Positions 35,560 through 42,787 of a stretch of 64,000 nt of DNA are shown here, piece by piece. The notes beneath the pieces were generated by a model. That model was given only the letters and a program-made list of their open reading frames with translations. It was not told the origin of the DNA and made no database searches. How positions within the stretch are numbered: position 1 is the first letter of the stretch; every line of letters starts with the position of its first letter. The stretch is taken from assembly GCA_964639785.1 (NCBI GenBank), contig CAZXEE010000001.1, positions 455,701 through 519,700 of the forward strand, in the 5' to 3' direction. The DNA comes from an uncultured Gammaproteobacteria bacterium (GTDB lineage: Bacteria > Patescibacteriota > Patescibacteriia > Patescibacteriales > UBA12465). The position numbers were made by a program, and so were the translations under genes.

Positions 35560-36498
35560 TTAACCTAGAATCATTTTGGCTATTTCCTCCTTCTCGGCCT
35601 CGTCATCGGTGGAAAAATAAGTTTCAAAGGTTTTTCTCCATTCTTTTTGAAGTACTGCCGGCATTGCAGCTAGGACGCGAAGTGAATTCTTTCCAAAAAC
35701 ATTTTCAATATCTCTGAGATGCATCATATTACCCGTGAATTGTCCGACCTTAAAACGTTTCCAGACATCATCCTTTGTCTCTCCTTTGGCGATAGCTATC
35801 TTTTCGACAATCTTATCAACTAAGTCTAAATTGAATTTATATCTGCTTTTGGAAACCATTTTTTCTTCTCCTTCTTTCTTGTCCTTGTTCATGATATCCA
35901 ACATGGTCTTGTCGGTAACCGCTTCATTAAATCCTGCAAACCAGATATCCTCAGGTTTGTCAGACATTATATGATAGCCTAAGCGATAAGCAGAAACACC
36001 AAGGCTGCCATCTTTTTCTTTTGAAATCCTATGTGAATGATATGATTTGTTATGGATTGATTCATGGGTGAGGATGGGGACTTGCAAATCCTTTAATTCA
36101 TCTCCAGTAATTATCGGTTCAAACTTAGATATTATCTTGTGCATCAACCGGACATATAAAGTTTTGCCATTTTCCCGATTCAGGACAATTCCCGGCTCCA
36201 TAGGATTATGAGATCCGCCCCTGAAATGGAAAGGATTAGTCCTTTTGACTAAGACGATATGGACGTCATCAGGGTTGATTTGATAATCCGGTTCCAATCC
36301 TAAATCTTTCAGTTCCCGATTAACTGAATTCTCTATCTCTTTGATCTCCTGCATTTCGGTCTCGGTCTTTGGCACTTCATTTGGAATCTTTTTCTCTTTC
36401 GCTTCTTTTGATCTCTGATCCAAAATCTCCATAGCGGCTTCTTTGACTTCGGGTTGTTCTGAATTTTTGCCGACAAAATTATATTCGAATCCTTTCAT
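35560..36498 (-). CDS. Putative gluzincin-type zinc metallopeptidase (HExxH ... NEAxTD)
   Basis: 312 aa. HESIH at residues 145-149 and GFNEAVTD at 189-196, 43 residues after the second His. No signal peptide. Confidence 0.6.
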   Translation of the reverse strand: MKGFEYNFVGKNSEQPEVKEAAMEILDQRSKEAKEKKIPNEVPKTETEMQEIKEIENSVNRELKDLGLEPDYQINPDDVHIVLVKRTNPFHFRGGSHNPMEPGIVLNRENGKTLYVRLMHKIISKFEPIITGDELKDLQVPILTHESIHNKSYHSHRISKEKDGSLGVSAYRLGYHIMSDKPEDIWFAGFNEAVTDKTMLDIMNKDKKEGEEKMVSKSRYKFNLDLVDKIVEKIAIAKGETKDDVWKRFKVGQFTGNMMHLRDIENVFGKNSLRVLAAMPAVLQKEWRKTFETYFSTDDEAEKEEIAKMILG

Positions 36499-36597
36499 AT
36501 TTATAGCTTTTATTAGTTTTTAATACGAATTTGCTCTATATTAATAATACCACAAACTTGGACTAAAGTCGAGATAAAATTAGGATTTTCTATAAAA

Positions 36598-36623
36598 AAA
36601 CCACCAGTTTATACTGATGGTTT
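36598..36623 (-). terminator. Hairpin terminator overlapping the stop codon of the 211-aa gene
   Basis: Stem aaaccaccag / ctgatggttt (one mismatch). The minus strand is followed by tttttta. Confidence 0.55.
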
Positions 36624-37244
36624 TGTAAAATTGTTAAACAGATTTTCACCGTTTAACCTCAAGAATTCTCGGATATGCCGACTGCCATAATCATGCATTC
36701 TTAATTTGTCGCCATCCAAGCCAAAGTTTTCTATCTCGTCGAAACTATGGGAATCACAGAATGGTTGATTCTCGTTGATGGAGTTGCGGCAAACATATAA
36801 CCAGACGTCTTCATGGCTCCAGAAATCTATTTTCCGGCTCTTCTTTTGGATATTAATCAACCCGAATAAAGAAAAGTAGGTTGGCATCAAAAATGGATTT
36901 CTAGTTTTTTGGTAAAACAGATATTCATTCCAATTAGCCATGATTCCGCCAAACAATGAATACCTGATTCCAAAAGTTTCATAGGCCTTTTTTGGAAATA
37001 CTTCTAAAGAAAGTTGTTTTGACTTTCTAGCTATAAATTCTTTCTCATCTTTCGAAAATTGTTCCTTTTCGGCCAGCTTCTTTAGATAATGTTTTTTAAG
37101 GCCATGCTTCTGAATCAACTTAAAAAACTTTTTTTCTCTATAGCAAAATTCCTTGAAGCCTCTCATTATCTTGACTAATGGAAATTTAACAACCACTTGA
37201 TCAAATATGAGGACTAGGCGATTGGTTCCCTTTCTTATTTCCAT
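36609..37244 (-). CDS. Hypothetical protein, possibly a minimal protein-kinase-like fold
   Basis: 211 aa. VVVKFP near the N-terminus, and CDSHSFDEIENFGLDGDKLRMHDYGS near the C-terminus, loosely resembling a catalytic loop plus DxG motif. Weak and by eye only. Confidence 0.6.
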   Translation of the reverse strand: MEIRKGTNRLVLIFDQVVVKFPLVKIMRGFKEFCYREKKFFKLIQKHGLKKHYLKKLAEKEQFSKDEKEFIARKSKQLSLEVFPKKAYETFGIRYSLFGGIMANWNEYLFYQKTRNPFLMPTYFSLFGLINIQKKSRKIDFWSHEDVWLYVCRNSINENQPFCDSHSFDEIENFGLDGDKLRMHDYGSRHIREFLRLNGENLFNNFTKPSV

Positions 37245-37284
37245 GGTTTATTGATTTTTGGAGGTTTTATTTTCAATGGACTGT

Positions 37285-37316
37285 CAAACAAAAATAGCAC
37301 TGGATGTGCTATTTTG
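37285..37316 (-). terminator. Rho-independent terminator after the 174-aa membrane-protein gene
   Basis: 10-bp stem aaaatagcac / gtgctatttt with loop tggat (37291-37315). Confidence 0.65.
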
Positions 37317-37351
37317 TCAATTATTTAGATTATTGTAATGGTTTTACCTTG

Positions 37352-37876
37352 TTATTTTGATTCGGCCAGTTTAATTCTGTTTTTTATCAAATCACGGATT
37401 CCTAAAACTGAAACACCCAGAGAATATACTCCACCGACAAAAGTAAGGGCTTCAGCGCCGACGCCAATAGCTTTAGCCCAAAAATCTGATTTAACCAATT
37501 CTGCCAAAGATTTGGTGTCCACACCGCCACGCATCTCTACTAATGCCAAGAAACCCAAAGTTGCAGCCGCTACAGCTCCACCAAGCACTGTATTGCTCAG
37601 CGCGACATCACGATCTAATTTTTCATAAACCGAATTAGTCTTATCCTTTATTTTATTCAATTTATCAGGGCTCATATTCTCCATGGTCGCTTTTAAACCA
37701 GCCACTCCTCCAACTTCCTCCAACGACCTCTTTACCTCCTCCATGTTAGAATTCAATTTTTCATTTTCAATATCAATCTGCTTATCCAAATTCTCAGTTT
37801 CATTAGATTCAAAATTTATTTTAGATGCCAATTCATTGTTGTTTGGCTGATTGAATACTTTTTCATTATTATTCAT
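37352..37876 (-). CDS. Membrane protein with a coiled-coil N-terminal half and two Gly/Ala-zipper TM segments
   Basis: 174 aa. VLGGAVAAATLGFLALV and AIGVGAEALTFVGGVYSLGVSVLG are small-residue-rich TM helices. Confidence 0.65.
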   Translation of the reverse strand: MNNNEKVFNQPNNNELASKINFESNETENLDKQIDIENEKLNSNMEEVKRSLEEVGGVAGLKATMENMSPDKLNKIKDKTNSVYEKLDRDVALSNTVLGGAVAAATLGFLALVEMRGGVDTKSLAELVKSDFWAKAIGVGAEALTFVGGVYSLGVSVLGIRDLIKNRIKLAESK

Positions 37877-37886
37877 ATAGTTAATA

Positions 37887-38051
37887 TTAATTATTTTTAA
37901 TATTATTTAGAGCTTGCTCGGCTTTGACTCCATCTATTAACACTTTAAAAGCCTCGGCAGAAATATTAATAGCTTTTAAAAAGGCCAACTCTTCCTCTTT
38001 GGTTGCTGTTCCTTTTTCTATTTTAGAAATTAATTCTTCGATATTATCCAT
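37887..38051 (-). CDS. 54-aa helical small protein (below the ORF-track cutoff), 10 nt upstream of the 174-aa gene
   Basis: ATG..TAA ORF: MDNIEELISKIEKGTATKEEELAFLKAINISAEAFKVLIDGVKAEQALNNIKNN. Coding status is supported only by its position and the open frame. Confidence 0.45.
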   Translation of the reverse strand: MDNIEELISKIEKGTATKEEELAFLKAINISAEAFKVLIDGVKAEQALNNIKNN

Positions 38052-38131
38052 AGTTTTAAGTTTATTTTATTTTTAGAACACTATATATATTATCATTTTT
38101 AATGATTTTAGTCAATTATTAAAGGCGGGGA

Positions 38132-38393
38132 TCATTCCTTAATTTTCCAAAAATAAAAACCCATTGCTTTTGCAATGGGCTCTTTTTTGGCGATTAAAAA
38201 CATGCCGTTATAAGCTAAAAAGAGTAATGAGGAGCAGATGCTTGCTAAAATATTATTAAGCGAGATGGAAGAATAGAAACAGATTCTGAGAGCAGATATG
38301 CTTAATGACAGATAAACAGGGTGTCCGGATTATGCTATATATCCCGCTAGTTATTATGCCTTTTTCAGCTCGGGGTTCGTAAGAATATAAACA
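38132..38393 (-). pseudogene. Decayed isoprenylcysteine carboxyl methyltransferase (ICMT/PEMT-like) gene: N-terminally truncated and frameshifted
   Basis: Minus strand reads ...EKGIITSGIYSIIR in one frame and HPVYLSLSISAL...FYFWKIKE* in the next. Deleting one A near 38324 restores the family motif TSGIYSIIRHPVYL. No start codon, and about 100 N-terminal residues are missing. Confidence 0.55.
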
Positions 38394-38416
38394 TTAAAAA
38401 TATCAGGAAATTATTA

Positions 38417-38998
38417 CTATTTTGATCTTTCTTTTTTAAAATCTGAATTTAATTTTGAGAAAACTAGAGTATTTCTAAAATCTTTAAAATATTCACTATA
38501 AGAATCTTCTCTTAATTTGCCCTCAAAAATATATCCACATTTTTTAGCAACACCCGAGGATGCTATATTCCTTTCATCACACTTAATTTGAATCCTATTT
38601 AAACCATTCGCAAAAAACTCTTTTTCTATAATTTTTACAGCTTCTGTTGTGTAACCATTTCTAATAAATTTTAAAGACAACCAATAACCAATTTCTGCAG
38701 ATTTTTTATTTTTATCAATATCAAATATACCAATATTGCCAATATATTGATCACCAAGATAAATACCATAATCCACCCTTTTTCCCTCTTTAACTTCTTC
38801 CTCTTTATCAAAAAGATATTTTAGAGAATCTTCAACTTTTTTAGTTGCCTTTTCCCAGGGAAACCATGGTTTTAAATGCTTTCTATTTTCATTAATAGCT
38901 TTAAATATGGTATTTGCTATAGTAATATCGGGTCTAGTTATCTTTAAAACGATCCTTTCCCCAATTAATTTATTTTTTATTTTAATTTTTTTAACCAT
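38417..38998 (-). CDS. GNAT N-acetyltransferase (RimJ/RimL-like)
   Basis: 193 aa. ERIVLKI...NRKHLKPWFPW, IGNIGIFDID...AEIGYWL and GYTTEA...NRIQIKCDERNIASSGVAKKCGY are typical of the Acetyltransf_3 type. Confidence 0.85.
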   Translation of the reverse strand: MVKKIKIKNKLIGERIVLKITRPDITIANTIFKAINENRKHLKPWFPWEKATKKVEDSLKYLFDKEEEVKEGKRVDYGIYLGDQYIGNIGIFDIDKNKKSAEIGYWLSLKFIRNGYTTEAVKIIEKEFFANGLNRIQIKCDERNIASSGVAKKCGYIFEGKLREDSYSEYFKDFRNTLVFSKLNSDFKKERSK

Positions 38999-39170
38999 AT
39001 AAATTATTTTGTAATATCGCCTATTAATTATATAAATATTATATCACAAAATTAATTTAAAAACACAGAAACGGATTCGAACCAATTTGACCCAATAAAA
39101 ACGGCCTATTTGCTAAAATAAGTTATTAATTATTAGAATTTTCGAACCAATATAAATTGGCTTATATTAC

Positions 39171-39200
39171 AACAAAACAGGCCTTTTACGGCCTGCTTGT
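39171..39200 (-). terminator. Possible terminator hairpin downstream of tRNA-Gln
   Basis: The minus strand reads caggcc-gtaaaa-gg(c)cctg followed by ttttgttgt. The stem has a 1-nt bulge. Confidence 0.45.
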
Positions 39201-39209
39201 TCAATGATG

Positions 39210-39280
39210 CTCGGGGATAGGGACTCGAACCCCAATTGACGGGACCAGAACCCGCTGTCCTACCATTAGACGATCCCCGA
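39210..39280 (-). tRNA. tRNA-Gln (anticodon CUG)
   Basis: Hand-folded 71-nt cloverleaf. Acceptor TCGGGGA/TCCCCGA (U1:A72), D stem GTCT/GGAC, anticodon stem GCGGG/CCCGT with loop TTCTGGT, T arm TGGGG-TTCGAGT-CCCTA, discriminator G. CCA is not encoded. Confidence 0.93.
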
Positions 39281-39286
39281 ATATAT

Positions 39287-39313
39287 AGGCTTTTGAGAAT
39301 AACTCAAAAGCCT
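39287..39313. other. Perfect 11-bp hairpin between the mntH-like gene and the tRNA-Gln 5' end
   Basis: aggcttttgag-aataa-ctcaaaagcct, 6 nt upstream of the tRNA 5' end. Lacks a clean U-tract, so it could be a terminator or a processing element. Confidence 0.5.
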
Positions 39314-39360
39314 ATTCCAATATAACTAAAAAATAATTATTTTTCAACCCCCCTATTTCC

Positions 39361-40668
39361 CTACAATAAAGTGATGATCATCGCCACAGCTGAAGCGGCC
39401 ATGATACCAAAAGTCGACCAGACTAGAATATTAGACAACCTGCCACTCCTGTAATCACCCATAATCTCATCGCTGCGGGCAATTTTGGCTATCAAGAATA
39501 ATAATGGGACAGAAACGACTCCATTGAAGACGGCGGTAAAGACCAATGCTTTCATCGGATCGATACCAACAAAGTTGATCATTAATCCGATCAGGGTAGC
39601 AATAGTGATAACGCCATAGAATCCATGAGCCTTGCTGAGTTTCAGGTTTAAGCCTTCTCTCCAACTCATAGCTTCTGACAAAGCATAGGAAGCTGAGCCA
39701 GAAAGGACTGGAACGGCTAAAAGGCCTAATCCGATAATGCCGACAGCAAAGATGCTTTTGGTAATCAGGCCGGCATTAGGAAAGCCATTAACCAATGGTT
39801 CCAAAGCTCTGGCGGCATCAGCCGCTGTACCGATATTAGTAATGCCATTCTGATTTAAAACCGTAGCTGCCACGATAATGATCGACCAAGATGTAAACTG
39901 GGAAAGGGCCATGCCAAAGAGATTGTCCCAGCGTAGGTTTTTTAAGAATTTTCTCAAACCTCGCGGTCGTCCCAAAATCTTATATAGATGCTTGGCTTTT
40001 AATTCTTCTACTTCTTGGGATGTTTCCCAAAAGAACATATAAGGTGAGATTGTAGTACCAATGACACCGGTAATGATAAAGAAGAAGGCAAAACTCATTT
40101 CAATGTTTGGCACAAAAGTAGCTCTCAAGACAGTTGGCCAAGGTTGATCGATTAAGAATAAAGTAATCGGATAAGATAAGATAGCCAAAACCAGCCATTT
40201 CAATATTTTAGAATATCTACGATAAGGGATGAATATCTCCAGGATCAGGATAAGAGCTGTAAAACCCAACAACAAGATTGTAAAATTAACTGGAAAAATT
40301 AATTTGGCAGCTTCCGCCATGGCTCCAATATCAGCTCCAATGTTGATAGTATTAGCTAAAAAAACCAAAAAAACAGCTATAAATAAGACCTTTTTATTAA
40401 AATGCTCTTTGATATTAGCAGCCAATCCCTTTCCGGTCACCGCTCCGATTCGAGCACAAGCTTCCTGGGTGGCAGTCAAGAACGGCAAAGTCAATAATGA
40501 TGTCCAAAGCTGGCCATAACCGAATTGAGCTCCAGTTTGAGTATAAGTGGCTATACCTGACGGATCATCATCGGCTGCTCCGGTAACTACCCCCGGACCG
40601 ATTATTTTCAAGAATTTTTTAGCTCTTTTCCAAAGCTTGCGCATATTTTTATGTTTATTAATTATCAT
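39361..40668 (-). CDS. mntH: NRAMP-family divalent metal (Mn2+/Fe2+) transporter
   Basis: GPGVVTGAADDDPSGIATYTQTGAQFGY is the NRAMP N-terminal signature. 435 aa, about 11 TM. Confidence 0.85.
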   Translation of the reverse strand: MIINKHKNMRKLWKRAKKFLKIIGPGVVTGAADDDPSGIATYTQTGAQFGYGQLWTSLLTLPFLTATQEACARIGAVTGKGLAANIKEHFNKKVLFIAVFLVFLANTINIGADIGAMAEAAKLIFPVNFTILLLGFTALILILEIFIPYRRYSKILKWLVLAILSYPITLFLIDQPWPTVLRATFVPNIEMSFAFFFIITGVIGTTISPYMFFWETSQEVEELKAKHLYKILGRPRGLRKFLKNLRWDNLFGMALSQFTSWSIIIVAATVLNQNGITNIGTAADAARALEPLVNGFPNAGLITKSIFAVGIIGLGLLAVPVLSGSASYALSEAMSWREGLNLKLSKAHGFYGVITIATLIGLMINFVGIDPMKALVFTAVFNGVVSVPLLFLIAKIARSDEIMGDYRSGRLSNILVWSTFGIMAASAVAMIITLL

Positions 40669-40694
40669 TTATATATTAACAGAATAACGGCGAT

Positions 40695-40732
40695 TAAACA
40701 ACAAAAGAGGCGCCGAGCAAGGCGTCTCTTTT
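40695..40732 (-). terminator. Rho-independent terminator after lysS
   Basis: Stem aaaagaggcgcc / ggcgtctctttt (one G-U pair) with loop gagcaa. The minus strand is followed by ttttgttg. Confidence 0.75.
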
Positions 40733-40742
40733 GAAATAGATA

Positions 40743-42227
40743 TTAATCGTTCTTAGGTTTCATGAGCGGGAATATCTGGCATTCACGGCCAGTCTTGTTC
40801 ATCAAGAATCCGAATAGTCTTTCAGAAAAACCGAAACCGCAAGTTGGTGGCATGCCATATTCCAAAGCCTCGACGAAGTCATGGTCATGCATCTGAGCTT
40901 CATCATCTCCAGCTTCTCGTAATTTTTGCTGTTCCTGGAAACGTCCTTCCTGGTCGATTGGATCATTGAGCTCGCTATAGCCATTACCTAGCTCTGAGCC
41001 GGCAATGATTGGTTGGAATCTCTGGGTAATCTTTGGATTATTGTCGTCTCTCTTAGCTAATGGAGAGATGGAAACCGGGGTATTGACCAAAAATCCCGGT
41101 CCAGCAATCTGCTTGCGGCAATATTTCCAAAGATTATCAATAGCTCTGGTAATATTGAAGCCTTTTTCATCATATTTAACGCCTAATTCATTCAATTTAG
41201 CCTTGATTTCTTCTTCTCCGGCATTTAAAACGTCGACTCCAGTATATTTTTTAACAGTATCGACATAATCATATCTTTCCCATTTTTGGCCTAAATCGAC
41301 ATCAAAATCCTTGATATGGAATTTAGTCGTACCAAAAGCTTCCTGTGCAATATATTTGTACATCTCCTCTACCAGCTCCATTCCCTGTTCATAATTGGCA
41401 TAAGCCCAGTAAAATTCCATCTGGCTATAATCCTGCAAGTGCTCGGCATCCATACCTTCGTTTCTGAATTGGCGGCCGATTTCAAAGGTTTTTGGCAATC
41501 CGGCTACCATCAGCTTTTTCTGCCATAATTCACCCATAGAGATACGAAGATAGACATCGATATCTAAAGCATTGTGATGAGTAATAAACGGTTTGGCGTC
41601 AGCTCCTCCGGTAGTAGTTTCCAAAACCGGGGTTTCAACCTCTAAGAATCCGCGGCTATTTAAGAAATCCCGAGTGGCTCGCCAGAATCGGCTTCTTTTC
41701 TCCACCATTTCATAGACTTCCCGATTCAACATAATATCCAAATAACGACGGCGCAATCTTTCATCCTCATCGCTTAAACCATGGAATTTCTCCGGCAAAG
41801 GCCTTAAAGTCTTAGTCAAAAGCTTCCATTCCTTGACCATAACGCTATTCTCTCCTTTGTGAGTGACGAAACAAGTGCCTTTGACCTCGATGAAGTCGCC
41901 CATATCGATCATTTTGACAAAAAGCTTGTAGGCTTCATCGCCCACTTCTTTCTTGGAAACGGCAATCTGGATTTGATCCTTGCCATCCTGGATATTAGCG
42001 AAAGTCAGATTGCCATGAGACCTCAGAGTTCTGAGACGACCAGCGATGGTAAATTCTTTTTGAGAATTATTCAATTCATCAAAATTAGCCAAGAGATCAG
42101 CTACTGACGTATCTCTTTGAGATTTAGCCGGATAAGGATTAACGCCTTTTTCCTTTAAAACATCTAATTTCTTAATGCGTTCTTCCCTTTCTGAGCCTAA
42201 ATTGGTATTTGGTGTTATTTCTTCCAT
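40743..42227 (-). CDS. lysS: Lysine--tRNA ligase, class II
   Basis: 494 aa. OB-fold N-terminal domain, class II motifs (FRNEG, GLGIDRL-equivalent GFGFSERL), and PLMKP near the C-terminus. Confidence 0.95.
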   Translation of the reverse strand: MEEITPNTNLGSEREERIKKLDVLKEKGVNPYPAKSQRDTSVADLLANFDELNNSQKEFTIAGRLRTLRSHGNLTFANIQDGKDQIQIAVSKKEVGDEAYKLFVKMIDMGDFIEVKGTCFVTHKGENSVMVKEWKLLTKTLRPLPEKFHGLSDEDERLRRRYLDIMLNREVYEMVEKRSRFWRATRDFLNSRGFLEVETPVLETTTGGADAKPFITHHNALDIDVYLRISMGELWQKKLMVAGLPKTFEIGRQFRNEGMDAEHLQDYSQMEFYWAYANYEQGMELVEEMYKYIAQEAFGTTKFHIKDFDVDLGQKWERYDYVDTVKKYTGVDVLNAGEEEIKAKLNELGVKYDEKGFNITRAIDNLWKYCRKQIAGPGFLVNTPVSISPLAKRDDNNPKITQRFQPIIAGSELGNGYSELNDPIDQEGRFQEQQKLREAGDDEAQMHDHDFVEALEYGMPPTCGFGFSERLFGFLMNKTGRECQIFPLMKPKND

Positions 42228-42237
42228 ATAATCCTAT

Positions 42238-42702
42238 TTATTTAATATCGATAATCTTGTATTTAACTTCGCCGCGAGGAGTTTCAACCACAACATCTTC
42301 TCCCTTGCCTTTATTCAAGAAAGCCAGACCGATAGGAGATTCATTGGAAATCTTGCCGTCAGCTGGGCTAGCCTCATTGAAGCTGACGATAGTGTATTCC
42401 TTTTCCTTACCATCATATTTGACTACTACAGTTGAACCCATAACCACCTTATCTTTTGATTTCTTGCCATTATCAACCACCACCACATTCTTCAAGGTGC
42501 TGGTTAGTTCGGCAATTCGGCCCTCATTCAGAGCTTGAGCGTCCTTAGCTTCAGTATATTCAGCATTTTCACTTAAATCACCCAACTCCTTAGCTTTCTC
42601 GATCCGATCAGCAATTTCTCTCCGGCGAACAGTTGATAAAAGCTCTAGCTCATCTTTCAACTTATTATAGCCCTCGGGCGTAATAATTTGTTGTTCTGGC
42701 AT
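42238..42702 (-). CDS. greA: Transcription elongation factor GreA
   Basis: 154 aa. LGDLSENAEY with acidic tip residues in the coiled coil, and a C-terminal FKBP-like domain. Confidence 0.95.
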   Translation of the reverse strand: MPEQQIITPEGYNKLKDELELLSTVRRREIADRIEKAKELGDLSENAEYTEAKDAQALNEGRIAELTSTLKNVVVVDNGKKSKDKVVMGSTVVVKYDGKEKEYTIVSFNEASPADGKISNESPIGLAFLNKGKGEDVVVETPRGEVKYKIIDIK

Positions 42703-42787
42703 AATTTTAGATTATTATTAAAAGTTTTTTATTAATTTGATGCTATCCAATATACAATATTATGAAAAATAAGACAATACTACCCCT

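Noticed and set aside
39076-39150. Two ttcgaaccaat boxes (reverse complement ATTGGTTCGAA, T-arm-like) might be additional tRNA genes next to tRNA-Gln.
   Set aside because: The flanking sequence cannot be folded into acceptor, D or anticodon arms, and the T-stems pair poorly. At best they are eroded tRNA-3' or att remnants, as mentioned under the island finding.
29230-39280. I considered calling the AT-rich block an intact mobile element such as an ICE, prophage or integrative island.
   Set aside because: I could find no recombinase, conjugation or phage genes, and no clear direct repeat of the tRNA 3' end at the distal boundary. It is reported only as a compositionally distinct accessory region.
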